From contig NC_058383.1 in assembly GCF_018350175.1 (NCBI RefSeq), positions 1,240,001-1,304,000 of the forward strand: a stretch of DNA of 64,000 nt, in the 5' to 3' direction. Shown here one piece after another: positions 56,961-64,000 of this stretch. The notes under the pieces were generated by a model that was not told where the DNA came from, searched no databases, and was given only the letters and a program-made list of their open reading frames with translations. The translations under genes were made by a program, and so were the position numbers. The DNA comes from Felis catus (Eukaryota). The stretch's first letter is position 1. The number at the start of each line of letters is the position of its first letter.

Positions 56961-58719
56961 ATCAGCGTTTCCGGCCCACCTGGGAGACCTCGTGAGTGCA
57001 GACTCTGAAACCCCGGCCTTGGGGTGGGAGGGCTACGAGGAGACCCCCAGGTGGACCAGCACAATGGCAGGGCCCCAGGGGGGGCAGGGGAGGGGGGCCC
57101 GGGGCAGGAGGGCCCCAACAGCCGAAGCTCTAGAGGCTTGGGGGGCGGATGGGAGCCAAAGCAGCCTCAGAGGGAGGGAGGTCCCAGCCTGCACGAGGCA
57201 GGGTGCGAGGTCTGTGGCACGGTGGGTGGGAGGAGGGGCTGAGACCCCAGTCCTCCAGCCGCAGCCCTGCCCGTGGGTTACGAGCTGCTGGGCCCTGGGG
57301 ACATGACCCAAGTTCACAAGTATGGCCCACAAAGTGTTCTGGGCACCCCGGGCTCCAGGATGCCCTGAAACCCGTTTTGGGGGCTTGATGAGCCCCCACC
57401 CCGACCGGCAGTACGCACAGTCCCGGGCAGGAAGCGAGACACATGCGGGAGGCCCTCCCAGGGCAGGACCAAGGCGCAGGGGGAGGGAGGGAGCCATGGG
57501 CTCTGTTCTTGCCTCTGGGCCCAGAGGCTCCAGCGAGGCCGGCTGCTGGGTCAGCAGGACCTTCTCTGCGGACACACGGAGGGGCAGCTGGCCCTGGGGT
57601 TGGGGGGCCAGGAGGGATGTGAGTGGGTGGGGAGGACCCGGCTCAGACCCAGGAGGCAGCACATGGGCTGCCCTTTCTTCCCGGGACCCCAGAGACACGG
57701 GGTGGACATGATGTCCACACAGAGATGTCATTTGTGGGGTGACAGTGGCTCCCGCCCAGGCCCCGCCGGACAGGGTCGCTGCACCTGCATCCTCCCAGAT
57801 CAAGGCCAAGGGCACCAAAATCCAGGGCCCGCCACGCCTGACACGTGACCCCGGGCACTCCTCCGTGACTCGGTTTCCCCTCTTGTCAAAGTGACGGAGT
57901 GCCGCCTAATGCTCCCCCATTTCTGTGGAGGTCTGCTCCCCAGGTGGCCCCAATGACCCCATCCCGCTAGCCCTGCCCCCCCAAGGACAGCCCTGCTGCC
58001 CCGTCTCCCTCCAGCCTCTGTCCCTGCCGTGTGACCTGAGAAGGCCCTTCCCCTCTCTGGGCCTTGATCCCCTTCTCCAGAATGGGAGGGGGTCACAGGG
58101 GCTGAGATACCGTCCACGGGAAGGCCCAAGGCAGCCTCACCCATCACAGACGGAGACCCCCATCCAGGGGGGCCACCCAGGGCAGGGGCTGGGGGAGGAG
58201 GGTTGGGTCTAGTCAGTGGAGGTTACAGGGGTGAGGCGTAGCCTACGCCGTTATTTAGAGCTGTATATGAAGCCTCCACTCCTGGCAGGGGACTGTGTGG
58301 GACGGGGTCACCGCAGTGAGCCCCTCTCTGGCATCCCTGGGCCTCCGGTCCCCTGAGCGCAGTGCAGACCCCTACGTGGGGAGGGGGCCGAGGCCGGGGA
58401 TGGGTCCGGCCGGGCTCCCTCTCTGGGTCTGGGAGACTAGGCCTTCAGCTCTGCGATGCCCCAGAAAATCCCCCCAGAGACCTTGCACCCCCAGATTCCT
58501 GCACCCCTCCATTTCCCTGGGGACCCCTGGTGGGCACTCTGCCCGGGGAAGCACAGGTTCCCCCAGGCCCGGGTGGGGCGTCTGTGACCGCGCCCCGGGC
58601 TCAGGCAGGGCCTCCCTGCTGGGCCGGTACCATTGCTACCCATGTGCGCAGGAGAGAAAACCGAGGCCCGGAAAGGCTCCTGGCTGGTCCAATGTCCCCG
58701 CTTGGGACACGGGTTTCAC

Positions 58720-59050
58720 TCAACAAACATTTGCTGCACTCCTACCATGTTCTGGGTGCTGGGGACACAGCAGTGCCAGGGACAGACGAGCTCCCTGACT
58801 CGGGGAATGTCCGTCTTAGAGAACACAAAACCAATACCTAAGTCCAGAAGGTGAGCTCCAAGTGAGAAAACCTGCTGGGGTGGCCGGCAGAGAGCCGGGG
58901 GGCTCGGGAGACCTCTCTGAGGAGGGCACGGCTAAGCAGACACCTGAAAAATAAGGAGCCAGCCTTGTGGGGGATGGGGTTCCAGACAGAGGCACCAGCC
59001 AGTGCAAAGGCCCTGTGCTGTGTCTGCTTGGAGCCCCGTGAACAGAGCGA
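58720..59050 (-). mobile_element. L2 3' fragment
   Basis: TTCACTCAACAAACATTTGCTGCACTCCTACCATGTTCTGGG...TTCCAGACAGAGGCACCAGCCAGTGCAAAGGCCCTG. Confidence 0.7.
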
Positions 59051-61125
59051 GCAGGGGAGGGGAAGTGGGAGGCCAGCCCAAGCCCCGCCTTCCCGGGTGG
59101 GCGGGGCATGCAGGAGCCCCGCCCCACACCCCACACCGGCCCACTCCCCTCCCTGAGATGCCCCAGATTTGTACTCTGCCAGCCCTCAGTCCACGGGTTT
59201 CTGCCCTGAACGTCCTTCAGTTGGGGCCACGAGCCTTAGACCCACGAGGCCTCAGAGGCTTTGACGATGTGTGTGTGCTGTCAGGAGCCCAGGAACGGCC
59301 CACCCTTAAGAGCCCCCCCACGAAGACATCCCCCTCCCCAGGTCTACTGATGGGAACACTGGTCTTTCTGGGCCCCATGTGGGGAGAGAAAGGCCCAGAC
59401 ACGTATTGAGCGCCTCCTGTATTCAGACAGCGCAGCCTTGGGAACCACACAGCAGACGTGGTCTTGCGTCTGGCTCATTAGCTGTGCCTTCCGGAAACTT
59501 CTAGGCAGGGGGTCCCTGGGGGTGGGGTCTGGGCGGGTCCCCCAAGTTGGGGCGGGGCCTGGTGAAGCCAGGCCCGGTGGCCGTCCCAGGGGCTCCCCTC
59601 CTGCTCTGCCCGCTGGCTGAATGGACACTGCAGGACCTGGTAGCCCTGTGTCCCCAAGGTCACGTGCATGCGTGTCCTGCCACCACAGTGTCCACGGGGT
59701 CTGCAGGCATCGGGCCCCCGGCAGGGAGCACGAGGCCCCACCACCAGCAGGGCTCTGTTGCCGAGCACCAGCCTGTGCCCAGCCAGCACCCCAGGGAGCA
59801 GCCGTGGGGAGGGGCACACCCTCACCCTGTGGGGACGCCTGAGGCGCGTGTCCCCAGCTGTCCCCCCCCGGCCCCCCCCCCCCCCCCCGGGCTGTCCTGG
59901 GTGGGACCGCATGCCGTCCTTGGAATCCCTGCCCACCCCCGTCTCAAAGACTCCACACGCACCCCAGCCCGCCAGGGGCTCCCTGAGCCTCGGGGGAGGG
60001 TCCCAGGCTCCAGGCCCAGGCCCCACCTAACGCTGTGTAGCTTCAGGGGGGTCGCATGGCCTCTCTGAGCCTGTTTCCTTGTCTGTAAAACACCGCTTCC
60101 CCGCGTCTCCGCTGCCCCGTCCCCGCTGGCTGGCCCTCTGCCTCCCCCTGGTGGTGAAGAGGCCACACTGCCGCCGGCCCCGGTGTCCAGAAGCACCCCC
60201 ATGGCCCTGTCGGGCCTCACAGCCCGCGTGCAGCCCAGCTGTAGGTCGTCAGAGGCTCAGAGGGGGCGGGGCTCTGGTCCACGGCCACAGAGCTGAGCGT
60301 CTCTGCATCGTGTCTGTACCAGGCAGCCACCCTCCCTGTCCCATGTCACAGCCTGATCTCAGGTCCCAAGAGTCCCCGGCTGAGACCCTCCAGCACCCCC
60401 CCGTAAAGGCAACAGGGTGCAGTGGGAGCCCCGTGGGGCCCCGGCCTACTCAGCAGGGTCTCCCTGCTCTGTCCTGCCTGGGACGCTTGGGGTTTCGACC
60501 CCGTCTGCCACCAGGCTGGGGAGTGTTGGTGCTGTGGCACTGCTGAGGGTCCACGAGGACCACCGCAGCGGGCTCCCACCGTGGCTGGGGACAGCACAGA
60601 CACACGCCAGCTCCCCACACAAAAGGGGACATTGAGGCCTGGGTCCCCCGAGTGCGGGCAGTGCTGGGCAGGGGCTCTGGGTGAGCTGCCGGGAACCAGC
60701 GCCCCTTCGGCCTTCTCTGCCTTGACCGCGCCCTCTCTCCACCAGAGGTCGGCAAAGGCGGTGAGCCCCACTCCCTGCTGGACACCAGGGCCTGGGGCAG
60801 TGATGCTTCCAGCCAGGGCATAGCTCACCTCCACCCTAAAGGCCAAGGTCACAGATCTCAAGCTTTGGAGATCGTGCGTGGGGCCCGCGCCTGAGTGAAC
60901 CTGGCACAGACCCGCTCTGTGCCCGACTCCTGTCCCTGGAGCCGGGCCAGGAAGCAGCTTAAATGCCCATTTCTGAGGGTCCAGGCCAGCCCAGGGAGGG
61001 TCAGCGCCTGCTCAAGGCCACAGACACGTCCACGCTGGCGCAGAACTGGATGCCGGCCACGACCTCCAGGCCGCCCGGGAGCCCGTGGCGCACAGGAGAG
61101 GGAGCCAGGCCACGTGGTCAGTTTC

Positions 61126-61131
61126 TTTATT
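61126..61131 (-). terminator. MICALL2: MICALL2 polyadenylation signal (AATAAA)
   Basis: TTTATT on the plus strand about 100 nt beyond the stop codon; the nearest canonical signal. Confidence 0.75.
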
Positions 61132-61233
61132 GAGACGGCTCAGACCCCACAGACAGGGGGGTCCAGGTCCCCACCCCCCGGTGCCGGCCCTGTCCGGGTC
61201 AAGGGCGAGGGTCCTGCGTCCCCGCCAGGCAGC

Positions 61234-61328
61234 TCACTCAGGGGGTTTGCTTCTGCCCTTCAGGGACCAGATCCTGGACAAGCGGAACTTGGGGTTCTTC
61301 CTCTGGTCCCCGCTGCTCCTGTGGAGGT
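61234..61328 (-). CDS. MICALL2: MICAL-like protein 2, last coding exon: (D)LHRSSGDQRKNPKFRLSRIWSLKGRSKPPE*
   Basis: Acceptor ...CCCCCCAG at 61329-61330; phase matches the previous exon; KFRLSRIWS matches the MICALL2 C-terminus; TGA at 61234-61236. Confidence 0.9.
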
Positions 61329-61664
61329 CTGGGGGGGGGACGGACACTGAGGACACTGCCCCTGCCGAGAACGCCCTTCCCTCCCACCCACCAGGGCCCT
61401 CCCTGGGCCCCCGGAGCCTGTAGGAAGCCAGGCCCTCCGCCCTCCCAATTGGGAACCACCTCCGCGGGCCTTTAGAGCCCCCGCTGGCACCGGCCACGCC
61501 CCTCGCCCCCGACCACAGGATCAGGAGCTGCCGGTTGGGGCTCCTCCGAGCGATGGGAAGCTTGCTCCCTTGGGGTGAGCCTTTCTGTCCTCAGGCCGCA
61601 TCTGCCAGATGGGGCCTGGCACCCACCCCACGGGAGGCCCGGCCCCGACCGCTCCCACAGTTAC

Positions 61665-61711
61665 CCAGATTCTGGATCATGTTCTGAAGCACCTCGTCCT
61701 CCTCTCGCTCT
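61665..61711 (-). CDS. MICALL2: MICALL2 coding exon: (R)EREEDEVLQNMIQNL
   Basis: TTTCAG acceptor, GTAACT donor, 47 bp, phases consistent. Confidence 0.92.
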
Positions 61712-62019
61712 CTGAAACGGGGGCGGTGTGGCAGTGAGGGCGGCGGGCCTCTGTCGGACTCACGCCCGAGCCTTGAGCCCACCTGACACCTGCATCAGCT
61801 GCTCTCCCCGCCCCCTCGGCCGACCCTGTCCGGGTCCAGACCCTCGTCCGTGCCATGGGGACAGAAGGGCCCTAGGAGGACCTGGGGGCAAGCTCACAGA
61901 GGGACGCGTCTAAGAACCTTGGCCACTGACTCTGCGTGGCCTCGGCAGGCCCCTCATTTACACATGGGGACAGAAACGCCCCGTCGGGGTGGTCACGAAG
62001 CTGGCGGCCCAGTGCAGCA

Positions 62020-62190
62020 CCAGGAGATACAGGTGGCTGTGTGTATTTAGTAAAAAAAAAAGTGTGAATTTCTCTCCTCTGTTGCACGGGTCACACTGCA
62101 AGTGCCCAGTAGCCACCTGTGGCTGCCACGGTGAGCCAGTCGCGGTATGGAATGTTTCCGTCCTCGCGCAACTCCGTGAGCAGGCGCTGA
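62020..62190. mobile_element. MER3-like hAT DNA transposon remnant in a MICALL2 intron
   Basis: CAAGTGCCCAGTAGCCACCTGTGGCTG...TATGGAATGTTTCCGTCCTCGCGCAA...CAGGCGCTG resembles MER3. Confidence 0.5.
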
Positions 62191-62440
62191 CCCCCGAGGG
62201 TCAGGGAACACGGGGCTCGAGGGGCTTTGTCGGGGAGAACCTCTGAGTCAGGCTGCCTAGGCTGGGTCTGCCTTTGGGCGCAGTGCCCCCGCCTGCAGGA
62301 CGCACACGGCGGGGGTCTTGTACCTCCCTGCCGATGGGGTGGGGGAGAGGTTCTGAGCATGAGGTGGCCAGTCAAGACCTGGCACGGAGGAGCCAGGGTT
62401 CTAGCGCCCCATCACCTGGGCCCCTAGACCCCGCCCTCAC

Positions 62441-62555
62441 CTGAGCCGGTCCTCCTCCAGGACGTCCACAATGCTGCTGCGGTCATCCACCGTATTCACG
62501 TACTGGTTTAGCAGATCCTGCTCCCGCTGCCGGTCCTGGGATGACTTCAGACTCT
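62441..62555 (-). CDS. MICALL2: MICALL2 coding exon: (E)[37 protein letters not shown]
   Basis: CTGCAG acceptor, GTGAGG donor, 115 bp; bMERB helix motif V..R..IV..L.EDRLRE. Confidence 0.95.
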
Positions 62556-62719
62556 CTGCAGGGACAGCCTGCCTTCAGCGGCAGCCCTGCTGTCCCAACC
62601 TGCTCAGGGACACACTGTCCCCCCTCCTCAGGGTCAGGCTCCTCCACTGGAGGTGGGGGGAGGGTCTTGGGAGCAACTGGGACAGAGCCTGCCCTTCTGC
62701 AGTGAACTCCTGGCCATGC

Positions 62720-62770
62720 TGGATGGATGGATGGACGGATGGGTGGACGGATGGGTGGACGGATGGGTGG
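62720..62770. repeat. (GGAT/GGAC/GGGT)n microsatellite
   Basis: GGATGGATGGATGGACGGATGGGTGGACGGATGGGTGGACGGATGGGTGG. Confidence 0.9.
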
Positions 62771-63218
62771 GAGAACGACCGGATCAGAGACCTGGCGCTG
62801 CTTGCCCCATCCCACGGCAAGGAAAGGCAGAGTCGGGACCGCCAGGACCCGAGCCCCTGCCCCAGGCCCTCAGCCACGCCATCCACAAGACCGACAGGCC
62901 ACGCTAGTCTGGGCTGTGTGCGCCTACATATTAGCTCACTCGGTCGCTGCGGCTGAGGGAGGTGGAGGCTAGCGTCCCCACTTTGCAAGCACAGAGGGGT
63001 CGAGTGCCCCGGCCAAGGACACACAGCCAGGCGTGGGGGAGCACAGACTGGACCCTGGGCTCCAGGATGTGTGCCATAAACACAACCCGTGAGCCTCCCC
63101 AAGGGGTGGCCACCCAGGCAGCCCGCTGGAGGGGCCTGGGAATGCCACATCCGTGCCCGCGGCCAGGACTGAGCGCCACCCCTGGCGGGCCGGGCTCCCG
63201 GTGGTGGGCGGGACGCAC

Positions 63219-63292
63219 CGGGCTTGGCCATCAGCCGACGGAGCTCCCCCTCCAGGTCCAGCTGCTGCTCTGCCAGGCGCTGGTCCTTGGCC
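63219..63292 (-). CDS. MICALL2: MICALL2 coding exon: (K)AKDQRLAEQQLDLEGELRRLMAKP
   Basis: GGCAG acceptor, GTGCGT donor, 74 bp; bMERB domain. Confidence 0.95.
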
Positions 63293-63415
63293 CTGCCGAG
63301 GGGACACAGGCGTGAGGCCCGCCCCGCCTGGCCGGCCGCCCCCTGGCCTGAGCCCAGCCTGCACCCAGAGGCGGCGACCGCGTCGGGGAGGGCCCTTCGG
63401 GCAAAGACCCCTCAC

Positions 63416-63506
63416 TTGTACATCAGCTCCGACTCCTGCCTCAGCAGCAGCTGCTTGTCGTGAATGAGCTGGAACCAGTCGACCATGAGCGCGTCCTCCG
63501 AGGCAT
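63416..63506 (-). CDS. MICALL2: MICALL2 coding exon: (D)[29 protein letters not shown]
   Basis: CCCCAG acceptor, GTGAGG donor, 91 bp; hallmark bMERB motif [22 protein letters not shown]. Confidence 0.97.
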
Positions 63507-63588
63507 CTGGGGAGGGGGGCCGGGACGGGTCAGGCCGGGCACGCGGGAGGGGGCTGGCCCGGCCCGGGGCGGCGTGCCCGTGGCTCAC

Positions 63589-63709
63589 CCCCCTCGGCCG
63601 CGCGCAGACGCTTCTCCAGCTCCACGCCCTTGAGCTCCAGGGCGTCCAGCTGCCTGGCGATGTTCTGCATCTGTCTCTGGATCTCCTCGGGCACGTAGTC
63701 AGGGTGCAG
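63589..63709 (-). CDS. MICALL2: MICALL2 coding exon: [40 protein letters not shown]
   Basis: CCCCAG acceptor, GTGAGC donor, 121 bp; start of the bMERB domain. Confidence 0.97.
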
Positions 63710-63788
63710 CTGGGGACAGAGGGGTGCTGAGGGGCGGTCGGGGAGGCCGGGCCGTGCACCTTGCCCACCTGCACCCCGGCCCACTCAC

Positions 63789-63853
63789 CTTGCTCGCGCT
63801 GGTCACTGCCTTGCCAGGTAGGGTGGGGGCACCGGCCGAGCTCACGGGCCTCC
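63789..63853 (-). CDS. MICALL2: MICALL2 coding exon: (G)[21 protein letters not shown]; the gene continues beyond the window
   Basis: CTCCAG acceptor, GTGAGT donor, 65 bp; resembles recalled human GRPLSPANVPALPGETVTSPVR and joins the next exon in phase 0. Confidence 0.88.
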
Positions 63854-64000
63854 CTGGAGAGGGCAAGACAAGACACGTCTCCCTCCTGGACCTGGGGGCG
63901 CCGGGCCCAACCCGACCCGGATCCCGCCTGCCCGGGATGCCCCCGCCCCACCCAGCAGGCCGTGAGAAGTGCACCGCGCCCGACCCCGGCCCCCACCCGC

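Noticed and set aside
63412..63996. 194-aa ORF as a single MICALL2 exon
   Set aside because: Only its last ~30 codons are in the MICALL2 frame; the true CDS is split by 79- and 82-bp GT-AG introns

Overview
GC- and CpG-rich mammalian genomic DNA, almost certainly from a felid, since it carries several Can-SINE/SINEC_Fc copies including one near-consensus young element. The right end (61.1-63.9 kb, minus strand) holds the last seven coding exons of MICALL2. They splice in frame at GT-AG sites into about 202 aa containing the C-terminal bMERB Rab-binding domain, followed by an AATAAA poly(A) signal. The other ~61 kb is intergenic, and by recalled human 7p22.3 synteny it is probably the UNCX-MICALL2 gene desert. 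It contains GC-shifted L1, L2, MIR, MaLR (MLT1) and MER3 fossils, plus about 15 sharply bounded AT/TAAT-rich non-repetitive islands that look like conserved developmental enhancers. It also has two minus-strand CTCF motifs, a 1.8-kb minisatellite that arose inside an MLT1 LTR, and a 60-bp tandem array inside an L1 3' UTR. I found no novel protein-coding system, CRISPR array or RNA gene; the long ORFs are GC artefacts. The most unusual signals are ancient L1 3' UTR copies that share the same derived GC-rich sequence (possible ectopic homogenisation), minisatellites born from transposable elements, and a dispersed 26-bp duplicate at the edge of a candidate enhancer. Repeat subfamily names come from recalled consensus sequences, and repeat boundaries are approximate.
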